This document shows, piece by piece, positions 49,575 to 62,850 of a stretch of DNA of 64,000 nt. How positions within the stretch are numbered: the first letter of the stretch is position 1; the number at the start of each line of letters is the position of its first letter. The translations under genes were made by a program, and so were the position numbers. Below the pieces are notes generated by a model. The model searched no databases. It was not told the origin of the DNA and saw only the letters and a program-made list of their open reading frames with translations. This DNA is from Eledone cirrhosa (taxonomy: Eukaryota). Location: NCBI GenBank assembly GCA_964016885.1, contig OZ024740.1:125116001-125180000 (forward strand), written 5' to 3'.

Positions 49575-50268
49575 GACAAAAACAATACGATAGCCTGTGC
49601 ATCGGTGTTTCCTTGAGGCTCGGCCTCCAGATCTGCGAGCCACATCAATGTCGCTGTGGATCCACCATGGACTCTTTCGGCCTCCACCCGCTTTCCTGTC
49701 GCCATAGTGCCGACCACCTTCCACGCCATGCTGCCCTCAATGAGGTCATAAAGCATGGCTTGGATGCATCAGGCTTCCCTTCGTAGCTCAAGCCGGTGGG
49801 GCTGGATCGAGGGGTAGGCAAAAGGCCAGGTGGCATGACCATCTTCCTGTTCCATGGTGGCAAACCTCCTGTCTGGGATGCCACTTACACCGACACTTTC
49901 TGCAGCCACAACCTGGTGCAGTCTCGACTAACCCAAGTTCTGCTGCATTTCGGGCTGAGGAGGCCAAACTCCTCAAATACCGGTCGCTCTCCGACAGGTT
50001 TGCGGTTGTACCCTTGGCAGTGGAGACACCTGGTATCCTCGGCCCTAGGGCTACCGCCCTACTCACCACCATATGTGCTGAGCTGGTCAGCAGCAGGTGT
50101 GAGCCCCGCGTGTTGGAGTGACTTTTCCAGCGCGTCTCCCTTGCCGTCCTCCAGGGAAGCACCTTCTCCATTCTGTCCGCCGGGGCGGGAGGGGGGGCAT
50201 TACGTAACGTATCATTCCACTGAATCAGGTTTTGAAGGTTGATTGAAGGGAAAAATTCGACATTGTTA
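49575..50268 (+). mobile_element. CRE-like non-LTR retrotransposon 3' fragment (zinc finger plus restriction-like endonuclease)
   Basis: Translates LRLGLQICEPHQCRCGSTMDSFGLHPLSC...RHAALNEVIK...GKRPGGMTIF...VWDATYTDT...AEEAKLLKY...PLAVETPG...LFQRVSLAVLQG. Ends at (TA)n. Confidence 0.85.
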
Positions 50269-50280
50269 TATATATATATA

Positions 50281-51175
50281 TCATAATCTATAAAGCTCAG
50301 TGTGTGGTCATGCTCCTTCGTTATAGAAATCTACGATATAGAATTTCTTCAATTGAAATTTACAATTCAGTATTAGAAATAGTTTCGATTGCGTCTTGAC
50401 GCAGATAATTTTTTCAATTTCACCCACAATTACGCAAAAAATAGATAAAACTCAATATTTTACGATTTTTCTCTCTCATTTAAACTGCTGGAATCTTTCT
50501 ACTACCATTCAAAATCTATACAACTTCATACTTCTTGCTACTTTCTCTTTCCAAGCTTGATGGTGATACTGTCCGTTCACACCACTCCCTACTGTCTTAA
50601 ATTTAGAAAACACATATCCTCTATGAGGTTACTAAACCTGCTAGAAACAGCAGCTAACTCTCCCCCATATCACACCCCTCCCTACTGTCTTAAATTTAGA
50701 AACATATCTTCTATGAGGTCACTAAACCTGCTAGAAACAGCAGCTAACTCTCCCCCATATCACACCACTCCCTACTGTCTTAAATTTAGAAAACACATAT
50801 CCTCTATGAGGTCACTAAACCTGCTAGAAACAACAGCTAACTCTCCCTCATATCACAACCCTCCCTACTGTCTTAAATTTAGAAAACACACAGACAACCA
50901 TGCAGAACAACTCCATCGCAGCTCTGTTGTTCGGCTGGCATCGTCTACGCGCGTGTTGCGCAAGTACTGTGAAACAATAAATTTCAACACTTTTTTGCAC
51001 AGAGATAATATCCATAGGCGAAACTACAATTGTCACTGCTGGCGCAGCTCATGCTTCCATGTCTGCAATTCATTCACCCAGTGCCTGGTAGACAAAAAAG
51101 TGCTGCCATAAAATGGGTGGTGCAACCTAACTTTGGTAACTTAATGACCCCGAGCAACGCTGGGCTTTATGCTAG
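50281..51175 (+). mobile_element. Non-autonomous Helitron
   Basis: A|TC at 50281; subterminal hairpin cccgagcaacgctggg; CTAG|T at 51172-51176; no TSD. Confidence 0.85.
50578..50888. repeat. 93/90-bp minisatellite (~3.4 units) inside Helitron
   Basis: Units start at 50578, 50671, 50761 and 50854. Confidence 0.93.
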
Positions 51176-51177
51176 TA

Positions 51178-51390
51178 TATTTCATTTCATTTCATTTCAT
51201 TTGAGTTTGAGTCCATGCTCAGGCCAAGTCGAAGACTCCACCCTCAGAGTCTGGTGTGGTTGCCAGGTTGGATTCTCTGTTTAATTTTGACATGAGTAGG
51301 AGCGAGTTTGAGTCAGTTTGTGCTCGTTGTGTATATCCTGGGAGATTGGGTTCATCTCTAATGGTGCTTAAGTATCTATCCAGTATATAT
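51178..51390 (-). mobile_element. CR1-type LINE 3' end with (GAAAT)n tail
   Basis: Minus strand LDRYLSTIRDEPNLPGYTQRAQTDSNSLL, followed by a short UTR and aaatg repeats. Confidence 0.65.
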
Positions 51391-53483
51391 ATACATGGGA
51401 ACTGATGTCAGCTGCATTTCTTTGTAAAGTAATGCAATTGGCTGGAATTCAAGAGATACAGATTTCGATTCTTTATAGTGGCTGCTGCCTACTTATTTTC
51501 TGTCCCAAACGGCAAGACACTGTTAGTGATCAGGAATATGTTTTTGTAATTAGATTATGATCAATTCTATCATATTGGATGAGAGATTTGATCCTTCACC
51601 TGGTTTAACACCACCACTTGGCCCTTATGTGCTTTTAGCTGTGTCAACTCTTGCAAATATTCAGCTTAGGGAGCTGATTACAATTAACCTCGCTCCCCCT
51701 CTTACTATTCTTGGAGGCCCTGAAAAGGTGTCAAGTGCTCTGCCCTTTCCTCCTTGACTAAACACTAAAAACAAAATAAAAACATTCCTCCTTAATCTAC
51801 AGTTTAGAACCCTTTTTAAATTCATGACCTACTAATGTATAATGTTAAAAGCTAGCTGCAATGTACAATTAAGATGGATGATGCTAGCTTTGGTCTGGTA
51901 AGGTGTCGTCAAGGATGATAGAGATATAACAATCATTGAGCAGCATGTTTTAATGTAGAATTTCACAAATAGCACAATTTTATGCAACAATAATATAGAG
52001 AGTACACATTAATGCTAAAATTGCACCCCAAAAGTTGAATTTATTGAAACCCAATCAATTCTCAATTGTTTGTTTCTGTTTTGGCAAACACCAGTGATTG
52101 CAATTAGACAATCAGAAACAGGCAATAAAATAAAAGCCTTTATGTAGTCATTTGACCTGTAATAAATAGCAGCCAAATAGCTTGCATCACACTATTTTTT
52201 TTTTCATCTACACAGTAGATATTGTAGTTCTAGATATACTGGGGAAAAGGCAGGATGTTGAAGGTTAGAATTTTTTTATCACAGTTTTGCTCAACGAGGA
52301 CTGAGTTGTGGCTTAACAACAACAACATTGTCAATAAGATTGAACTGGAAAATGCAATACGCCTTGGTTACCAAATGATATTGCACATGACTAACCGCTG
52401 CTTTAAAGAAAGCACAGCATAATTTTAATATCAACAGAATAACAACATCTGTATGGTGTATGATTTATGAGAGACTCTTCTTACACACCACATAAAGGAT
52501 ACCATTAAGCCATATATTTTATTGAGAGGTAACCTGACAAAGTTACTAAGCAAACCAACAACAGGATCATTTTCAATAATGCTATATGTAGCATATATAG
52601 AGAATGCAATCGATATTATTCACACTTGACGCCAAGATTTGTAAATGATCTAAAATTACAAGTAAATTATTGCAGAAAATGTATTGATAAAAGAGTCTAC
52701 AATTTATTTTCAGTTATTTTTTTAAAAATCTAAATCGAAGCCAGAGAAAAGTTTCTAAAGCTAGATAGTAACTGAAGTTTTACATTAAGAAATAAAAGAT
52801 TTCATATTAAAGGATGAGAAGTAACCTGTGACATTTGCACAAAATGTGAAGAATTTATGATAAATTAAACAACATTCTGAGGAACTGAGATTCCAAGATT
52901 CTTCACTGAGAAAAGTGCTAAGAAAATTGGAGCCTCTAAGCATCATTTTGCTTTTAGTGCATATGCGATTGTTATAATCCAGGGAATAGCATACTGCAGC
53001 ACACAGTTTCATTTCAACCAGCCTGTGAGCTTTTTTGGATGTGTAATGTTGCCTGCAAAATCTGTTTTTCTTATCAATCTTTAATTAGCAAACAATTATA
53101 TTCAGTATTGAAACAAATTTCACATTTGCAGTGGCCTCAAATGAATCAATATTGTTTTATTAATAGAAAAAAGAAGTACGAGAGTTTAAGCAATAAATAT
53201 TCTCACTTTTCCTAAATAGATTTTCAATCCTGTTAAAATAGATACCTTTATGATATATATTTAACTTCAAAATCGTTTGTTTTTTTGTTTCGTAATTTAG
53301 AATATAATTCAACTAGAATATCTATGCCTTTCTTTTTTACGTTTCATAATTCCATTCATAATTGTATGTTTTGTTTATTTGTTTCATAATATAATTCTTA
53401 ATTCTGCTAAAATAACTAGGCAATGTATTTACACTATCAAATATTAATAGTATAAATGTCTTTCCACTTTTTTGCTCAACCCA

Positions 53484-56128
53484 CATCATCATCATCATCG
53501 TTTAACATCTATCTGCCATGCTATCATGGTTTAGACAGGAGTTGTCCCACTTGAGGCAAGATTGGTTGGGTGACTGTGTCTCGCTTGTATAGGACTATCT
53601 GGCAGGTTTTCTACAACTTTTACCATGTTACCTACACGGCCACATTACAGCATGGACTGTGTGTTTTTGTTGTTGTGACACCTACACGATCTCGATCTCA
53701 TTATCTCATTAGTTTGGACTGGATATTGGGGTACCAACATAACTTTACAGAGAAAGGATGGTGTTGGTGGGAGTGGGAGGATGGAGTAGGGGTAATGTGT
53801 TGGGGTGTATATTTGGTTAAGAGGTGCCTACTGACTGTAGGTTTCGCTTTGTACATAGTCAAGGCGGGTCTTCTGTATTACTGCGTGGTGCCAAAGATCT
53901 CGATCCAGTGACAATGTGTTAAAGAGGTGCAAGTGTGTAAGGTCAGAATTTATCAAATCGTCCCAGGTTTTTCTGGATCTACCTACTCCATAACTTCCAA
54001 CAAATTTGATCGTCCTGCACTTCATTCACATCATGTGACCATACCAACGTAGTCTTCTCTCAAGTAAACAGCATCTGATCCCTCTCATTCCTAATTTCTC
54101 ACTTAGTTCATTTATGTTTTGCTGTTCGCATATATTACTATTATACATCCAATGGAGCATGCATGCTTCATTCCTTTCTAGTCTGCGCAGGTCCTCTGCA
54201 CACAATGCCCATGTCTCACTGCCATGTAACATTGCTATTCATATACAGGCATCATACAATCTGCCTTTCATTGTTAGAGAGGAGCCTTTTGTAGCCAACA
54301 GTGGTATAAGCTCTCTGAACTTCTTCCATTCTGTTCTGACTCTGGCTGCTGTACTTTCAGAGTACCCTCCACCACTGCTGATTTTGTCACCCAGGAAATG
54401 GAAAGTGTCCACTATTTCTATAGAACCATCTGGGCAATAGTATCCTGTGGGCACTTGCTACTTATTGCATCTGAGCATCGGTCACATATAAAATCTACGT
54501 TCTTAGATAGCTTACCTGTGTCCCACTACATCTTTTATGTACCCATAGTATGCATTTGGGGCATAAAATGGAATTTCTACCTACTCCTTTCCTACACACT
54601 GTGCATGGCCATTTTCTAGAGGGCACCTGTGCCCTATTTTCCTTTCTACATACTAGAACTTTAGTCTTAGACAAGTTAACTTTAAGGCCTTTTGATTCTA
54701 GGCCATGCTTCCATGTTTTGAATTTCAGCCATAGATTCAGCTATGAGAGTTAGATCATCTGTGTATAGAAGTTCCCATGGGCAGCCGGTCTTAAACCCCT
54801 CTGTTATAGCCTGAAGTGCAATAATAAATACGAGGGGTCTAAGGACAGAGCCTTGATGAACACCAACTTTTACGCTAAACTCTTCACTATATTCATTGTT
54901 AATTCTAACCTTGCTGACTGTTTCTTTATACATGGCTTGTATAGCTCTTACAAGCCATTCATCTACACCTAGTTTTCTAAGAGCCCACCACATAATGGAG
55001 TGGGGGACTCTGTCAAAGGCTTTCTCCAAGTAAACAAAAGCTAAGTAGAGTTGTTTACTTTTAGCTAGGTACTTCTCCTGTAGTTCTCGTACAAGGAAAA
55101 GAGCGTCTGTGATACTTTTACTTGAAACAAACCCAAACTGCATTTCATCTAGATCTATTCGATCTCTGATTAGTTGTGCTATAACTCTTTTTGTGATCTT
55201 CATGACCTGGTCAACTAACTTAATGCCTCTATAGTTTCCCCTATCCAGAGCATCTCCTTTACCCTTGTAGCAGTTAATGATGATGCTGCTATGCCAGTCA
55301 TTTGGTATGACCCCACTCTGTATTACTTGGTTTACTATCCGGGTGACCATAGTATGTCCCACCATTCCAGATGCTTTCAACATCTCAGCAATTATCTCCA
55401 AAGGCCCAGCTACCTTAACTGTCTTCATATCTTTGATTGCCTTACTTATTATACTATATTTAACTTGCACCGCTGGCCCATCTATTGGTTCGCTTTGGGG
55501 AAGACAATCTTTTTCCCATTTATTCTCCTCATTTAGTAGTTTCTCGTAGTGACACTTCTAAGCTACCTTCTTATCAGTATCAGTGAGGGCAAGTACGCCA
55601 TCATCATTACGGACACACTTCTCCCCGACAATATCACGGTTTTCCTTGACACATTGTCTTGCAATCCTGAACACCTCATGTTTATGGTCCTCGCATTGTA
55701 GAACATGCTTGAACTTTCTATCCTCTGCTTCCCTTCTTGCAAAGTACACTTGTCTCCTAGCTTCTCTCCTGATCACTTGATAGTGTTCTCTACTTCCCCT
55801 CATCCCACCATATTTTCCAAGCCTGCTTTTTGGCCTTGATTGTCTCCTCCACCTTACTGTTCCACCACCAAGTTACTCTCCTCCTGCCTATAGGTCTGCT
55901 CCAGCCACAGACTTCATCTGTCGCCTTCAGCAGGTTAACTTTCAAGAATTCCCACTGTTCCTCTATATTGTACATCTCTAATTGCTCTTCCTTACTGTCA
56001 AAAGCATCATGTAATATACTTTTAAATTTGTTACTGGCTGTGGGGTCCTTCAACTTCCATATTCTTCTCCTCAGGGCAGCTCTCCTCTGTTGTCGAGTAC
56101 ATCTAGTCCTGACTATGAGGTGCTAATT
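53484..56128 (-). mobile_element. RTE LINE, 5'-truncated (copy 5, same subfamily as copy 2)
   Basis: ORF pieces 55790-56053, 55558-55803, 54682-55470, 54239-54454 and 54026-54232 are colinear with the 16688-18751 protein. Long 3'UTR and (GAT)n tail. Confidence 0.95.
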
Positions 56129-56478
56129 GAGATGACACAAGCTCAGCCTTTTTTCTTTCTTTCTTTCTTTTTTTTTGCCCAGCGTGTTAGTGCTACATAA
56201 ATAATCTGAAACTATAAATTTGCATGTGGAATTACTCAAAAGGAGCTAGAATGTGATAAGTTTGTATATTTTCTTACTGGAACTTACAAATTGGGCAACC
56301 ATAACATTTAATCAGACACTACCAATTTACCCCTTGCCAATCCCCCGCCCCTTCTTGTTAAAATAATATCTATGTAATATATATATATATAGCCACAAAA
56401 GCTTTCTATTAGTTTCATAATTTAATCCATAATTCCACTAGAACATCTACGCCATTTTTGTATCTGTTTTATAATTTA

Positions 56479-57399
56479 TTAGCTGTGGTACCCGGCGTTG
56501 CACGGGATAAGGTTTGGAACGCAAGCCGCCAAAAGACCTAATCGTGGAAAAACTGCATGCCTGGACAATATGTAAAGAAAATAAACAGAATACTCTGATG
56601 GCTGGATAATCTTTATGATTTTCCTCGATGAAACAGGAAAAATACAGGTTTTCACCAAATGCTAGGGGATCAAGAAAATGAATTTTTTTTATGTGCATAA
56701 TGAATTTCAGAAAAATCGACTTGAAATTTAAGGAAAATCGACTAGACGTAACGCCTAAAAAAGCTCTAAAAGCTGAAAAAATGAAGTTTTTCACCTAATG
56801 CGGACCCTAGTCCATATAAAAGTTGGATTTTCTTTGCTCACGGTATGAAGAAGTGACTGACTAATACATAGTTACAATTTCAAGGAAATCGGTCTGACGT
56901 AACGCCTCAAAACCCCCCTAAAAACCTGAAAAAAACGCAGTTTTTCACCTAGGGGATCAAAAAAGTTGAATTTTTTATGTGCATAAGACTCCCCGAAACA
57001 TAAGTAATACACATGTAAAGTTTGAGAAAAGTCGGTTGGGTACTTCTCGAGTTTTAGGGATTCAAACTCACAGACACACACACACACACAGACATCTTCA
57101 GGGAAGTGACGTAATGCAGACAGACAGACATACAGACAGATATTATAAGGGCGCGACGTTATATGTATGTATCTATCTAAATAGAGAAAGACTAAGAATT
57201 ATAGAGAGAGATCGCTAAATCGCCTACTGCTGTCCCCAGAGCATTGAAAACTTGAAATTTTCTTTGCTCAGAACACCCCCTGAAGCATAAGTATTACATG
57301 TGTAAAGTTTGAAAACAGTCGGTTGGGTGCTTCTTTAGTTTTAGGGATTCAAACTCACACACACACACACACAGACATCCTCAGTTTTATATATATAGA
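56479..57399 (-). mobile_element. Non-autonomous Helitron with internal duplications and CA/CAGA microsatellites
   Basis: Minus strand: A|TCtatatatataaaa at 57399; hairpin cccgtgcaacgccggg; CTAA|T end at 56479. About 56990-57100 is repeated at about 57275-57385. Confidence 0.85.
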
Positions 57400-57889
57400 T
57401 TTCATAATCTTAAGCAACAAACCACTCAGACATTTCACAATTGTTGTTACAGCTAACACTCACCCTTACCTCTAAATAGACGCTTTTTCAATTATACATG
57501 GTCCTGGTAAAGTCAGCAACTTCCAGGTTGACAATATCCCTTCTGTTAACATACACCAGCATGCATATATGTCCATAGATGTTTAGATGTACAAATGACT
57601 AGATTTGTGAACATATTTGTGTATATGTGAACATGCATGAGATTCATATAAGCCTTATCCTTATTCCTTAAAGTAGAGACTTTCCAGCACCATAGTTCTA
57701 TTTTGTAATAAATGGTTACCCATGGACGGCAGTATCTGGAAGAGGATATAGAACAAAGTAGCAATAGAAATACAAATATGTTACATTATATATGAGCAAC
57801 TAAAAATGTGTGAGTGTCGTTGGATTGGTACCAAGAAGCTGTGTGCACTCCCTTCTTTACAGGTTTAGAAAAGAAACAAATCACCCTAC

Positions 57890-59050
57890 CCCATCAGTTC
57901 AAAAGCTTTAGCATCAGCACAATGAAAGGTAGGTCTGATGAAATTATAGAGATACTAGAGAAGAGGCATGTAGATGTATGCTGTGTGCAAGATGGATAAG
58001 AGCTACAACCAGACTGATCATGGACAGGAAATATAAGTACAAGTTTCTGAGTGAGTAGCAGCGATGGTGTGAAATGTGTAGTAATACTATTACTATTACA
58101 TGAGTGGATAAGGTAATTAAAATAGTCAGAGGTAGTAATAGGATGATTAATCTTTGATTAACCTTAAACAACACAACAGCTACTATAATTTCTGCATACA
58201 CACATATGTTGGAAATATACATGAACAGAAGGATCACATCTATGAACCCTTATTTCAGAATACCTTGGTAACAATTAATGATGACCTCATTATCATAGCT
58301 AGGAATTTCAATTGCCATGCTGGAAATGACAGTTATAGTTTATTGGTGCGCATGAAGTCTAGAGGTATGGTACAAGAAATAAAAAGTATACAAAGCACCT
58401 GAAATTTTGTGATGCTATAATCTAAACTTCTACAATATGAGATTCTGAAAACTAGATGGCCATATGATTACCTATCAATCAGATGGAGATGCCAACCACA
58501 TCAATGTTATTCTTAGAAGGAAATGTAACAGACTAATGGTGAAGAATGTATTTTCCAACACGTATTAGAGAAAGAGCCAAATGAACTCAGAGATAAAATG
58601 CACTCTGTAGAAGGAAAACAAGGATGTGGAAGGAACTTTCAGATGGTACCAAATTCAGGAAAATTCTACTTGATGCTTATGACAGTAAAGAAATAGAGAC
58701 CTATAATGTAGAGGAATTTCTATCCAACAATCTGTGGAAGGCTACAGACCAGGTTAGCATTTTGTCCAATGTCTAAGCAAGACAGAAAGTGATATAGTGC
58801 TGGAAATTATAGAGCAGATAGAGCCATAAAAGCAAAGAGAATGGTTGTTAAATACTGGAAAAAGGGATGAAACAGAGAGCAGTACCAAATATCTAGAAAA
58901 AGACATTGCCAGGTATACTTGGTGAATGTAAAGGCAGAAAAGAAGAATTTACACATGTTCTGCAACTTGAGGATCACAGGTCTGATGTGATCCAGATTGC
59001 AAGAGAGTGTTCCAGGGAAAACTAAAACTTTGTTGGAGAAAAGTGTCCAA
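57890..59050 (+). mobile_element. Old RTE LINE 5' part (APE region)
   Basis: MKGRSDEIIEILEKRHVDVCCVQ, IIARNFNCHAG, then a linker colinear with the other RTE copies. Confidence 0.8.
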
Positions 59051-59234
59051 ACTCCACACAGCCATGACATCAAACTTGTTACACCCTCCCCACCTCTTGT
59101 TTCTTAGCTGTGATATACTTATCATACTTCTTACCTCCACCATACTCTTGCCACCTTACAATGCTTCCCATAAAGTAGAATGAGCAGTTCAGTGAATCTA
59201 TGACTGATAACATCCCTAGGGCTGGTACTATAAT

Positions 59235-59370
59235 ATAATTGTTTCTATATTGCACAAGTCCAGCAATTATCCCAGTGTATTACTGATGCTTTATTTTATC
59301 GACCCCATAAGGGTGAAAGGCAGGCAAAGCCAACCTCGGCGGGGTTTGAACTCAGGCCATAACTCTTTGT
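59235..59370 (-). mobile_element. Family A SINE, 5'-truncated
   Basis: tttattttatcgaccccataagggtgaaaggc...aacctcggcggggtttgaactcag. Confidence 0.8.
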
Positions 59371-62300
59371 TACAATGCAGTGAACACACACTTTAAAGTG
59401 AATGATAGGTAGAGCTTTCAGCCATAGAAACAAGCTGAAATGGGCTGAGAAGACCATGCAGTCACAACACAACCTCTTTAGAGCTGATGTCTTGAAAATG
59501 GCATCTAGTATACCCTGTAACGTTATTGGTGATAGGAATACCACATATTTGTAGAAACCCTGACAAAATTGAATTGAGAGAACTCTGTAACTGATTCAAG
59601 GGCAAAAACCTAACTGTGGTTATCTACATGATAAACCCATCCAGTACACTATGTAACATGTTTGTTGATAGGTAGGGCATCTGGTTGCAGATGGAGGCCA
59701 AACAAAGGGTCAGAAAAACTCTTCAGCCGTATCAAAGACATGACAACCTCCTTATTATTGGTACCACAATAAAATGCATCTAGGGTACTCTGTAAAGTAC
59801 AGTAAAGTATGTATGCCAGATGTTGGGCCCCAACCCATCTGAGAGGTATCTCCAAATAAGTACAGACTTTGTCTGTGATGACACATCCAATCATTGCTAG
59901 GAAAAACAAACATTAAATGATGATCTATTAAACGGATCAAAATAGTTTAATTTAGTGAAAGATATTTAGTCTGTTCTGTGTTCAATGCATATAATGAAAA
60001 GCATTAACATAATTTAAAAAAATTCAAGCTATTTTCATACCTTTTTACGATTAAGATTTCGTTTTTTTTTTCTATACTTGGCTTGCAAGACAAAATCATT
60101 CCCAATCTGGCTTACATCCCCAAAACACTTTTCTTATCTCTAATCTATACCATCATTATAGGTAGTTGTACTGATTATTGGATTGTTTGCAAATACATTT
60201 TGTTATATCAGAAAGTCATATTTGAGGGGTTATACAGAAAACATAGTAGAGAACCAAATACTCAAACATATATTCTGACTAAAATTGATTGGTTTAGTCT
60301 GGAGAGAGGGGTCGAGTGCCTAGACCAGTGGTAATGATGATATTAATGTTCCTCCTAAAATGTTGCAAGTCAACAGCTGCAGGAATAACTTGTAGAGGAA
60401 GAACATTCTAGAGGGACAATGTTTTGTGATGAAATGACTGGGAATAATGGTTAGAGAGGGAACAGGGTTGGGTGGACACAATATGATTGAAAAGACAAGT
60501 TACTTGAGTGTGCTTAAGTGGGGGTGAATTATGACAAGCCAGTATGAGAAGCAGAAGCCATTGTAGTAGTGGTAAAAGCAAAGAGTAGACTCAGCAGGTT
60601 GTGGGCCAAAGGCTGGATTATGTTTGTGGGTGATTTCCTACCAATTATTTCAGTGGCTTTTTCAAGATTGCCTGCTCACAAGAATCTGTGTAGCAATACC
60701 CAACAAAAAATTGGAAACAGTACTTCATCATAGGTTTCACCTAAGTTTTGTAGAAGATTAGTAGTTATAGTGAGGTGAAGTATTTGATAGCTTTGAATAG
60801 TATGTCACTCTTTGCAATGCTGTTTTGCTATGTGCCTTCAGGGGTACATTAACATTCTCATTATATATCAGCATAGTTTCAGTGCAAGAGATATAAACAT
60901 GCTTAAGTACACTAACATTCTTCTGCCTATTCTGCAGCTTGTTATACATGATCGTCCTCAGAATATCTGGTTGTATATTTCCAGCTTACAGAGATGTATC
61001 CAGCTTTCAGAGACTGCCTTATACACCATTTATCTTACATCATGATCTTCATTTATCTATTTTCTTATATGACTAAAGGTTGTGTTGGCACATCTTATTC
61101 AGTATACATGCAAATATTAAGAAATTGTCCTCAATGCAATAGAAATATCCATTAGAATCCATGTAATGCATCTTACAACATTGTTAATAAAAACAAAATC
61201 TTTCTTTCATGTCATTGCAGTTATCAAATACACAAATATCTACTATGTTTATCAGTCTTTATGTCTGCCATGAAGTATTTGATATGTAATATTGGCAACT
61301 GAGTGTCCAGTCAGTGGAATATTGTTGTTTAGTCAAGATAGAATGAAATGAGACAATTATATCATAAAGTATCAAATGATTATTTCATAGGAAGTCTTTC
61401 ACTAAGAAGAACATAAGAGAGAGATAGAGAGAGGGAGGGGGAGAAATAACAAAATATAAGAAGAAAATGAAGAGGTAAACATGAGAAAGTCACCTAGGAG
61501 GAAATAAGAGAGAGTAAGATAGATTAAGAAGGATTGGAAAAGAAAATAAGGAAAAGAAATTAACAATTTATAAAATCCCATTTTCTCACCACCACTATTG
61601 GGTTTCCAGAAAGCAGTGCTAATATGTTGATACACTGTTAGACCCTAAATTTGTTCGTTTGAAAATTCAATAAAAACATTTTCCCCCTTTCATAAATCTA
61701 AGTTGGACGTGTAACTTATTTTATCCTGATCCCTTGCACTGAAGCAAGTCATTGAAGGAGTGGTAACGAAGGCAAAGTTTAATAGAAGAGTGAAACATAA
61801 AAAAAGAAAATATACAAATAAAACAAAACCCTTAAAATGCAACAATGAAAAATAACAGACAACCTCATAAAATGTGCTGAATTGCTTTCTATAATGGCTT
61901 TCAATTGTCTAGATTTGAGTAGGTAAGCTAGTTGAATGTCTATGCCCAAGGAACAACCATGGTTACCAAATTCATATTATCTATCTTCCTTCTTAAGCAG
62001 CAGACATCTTAGTTTTCTTTGTATACATCAATTCATATTTCTCTTTCCAATTTTACAGCCAATTGTCGAATAACGATCTCTCTCTCCTTTTCATTTTTTC
62101 ATTAGTGTTTCTTTTACGTTCTTATCCTACATATATCTATGGTGTCATCACAACTCTCTTCCTATTTCTATAGAGCAATTTTTGCAACGACATTTTGCAA
62201 ACATGAAAATTCACTAGAGATATTTTTGGCCCCATTTCTCATTTAGAAATCTACATGAGAATTACCAAATACAAAATCACAACATATATATTTACTCTCA

Positions 62301-62599
62301 AGATAAAATCAAATTGAGCTGAAAGCATTTTATTGGAGATGATTTGGCAAAGATTTTCTGATCAGCACTATTTTGGAAACAAAAACCTGCAGGAATGAAA
62401 AGAAAACTGTGAATAGAATCTTGGTTGGTATAAAGTCATTATAATTTCTTACATAGCATCCTACAAATTCTGTTACTGAAATGAAATGACTTAATGACAG
62501 TTTGTGTATTTTATAGGAAAAGCTGTGCTTGATATTCTTTGAAAAGAAATGTGAAAATAGCAAAGAAGAAAAAAGTGAGAATGGAATGAAATATGGCAG

Positions 62600-62850
62600 T
62601 CATCATCATCACCATCTACGTTTTTACATCCACTTTTTGGACGGGTCCTTAGATGTATAGCATCTCCTCCACTCACTGCATTCCTTTATCATTTACTCTG
62701 TAAGTCTCAGTGATTTGAGATCAGCTCTGACCACCTCTGCCTAGGTCTTCCTTGGTCTACATCTACTATAGCATCCTTCCACTAGGATTTCCTGGCACTT
62801 CTTTATCCAGCGATCATCATCCATGCACATTATATGTCTATATTTATGCA
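62600..62850 (-). mobile_element. RTE 3'-terminal fragment
   Basis: Minus strand DDDRWIKKCQEILVEGCYSRCRPRKT*AEVVRADLKSLRLT, then a (GAT)n tail. Confidence 0.75.

Noticed and set aside
50557-51111. 184-aa ORF with a repeated peptide
   Set aside because: It stays open only because the 93/90-bp minisatellite units are multiples of three, and it lies inside a non-autonomous Helitron.
52785-53055. Possible host exon on the minus strand (ttttgcag acceptor, open frame)
   Set aside because: The peptide is unrecognised, the donor is weak and there are no supporting neighbouring exons. RNA-seq would be needed.
60750-61050. Possible old LINE 3' coding remnant on the minus strand
   Set aside because: Only a vague resemblance; a clade cannot be supported by eye.
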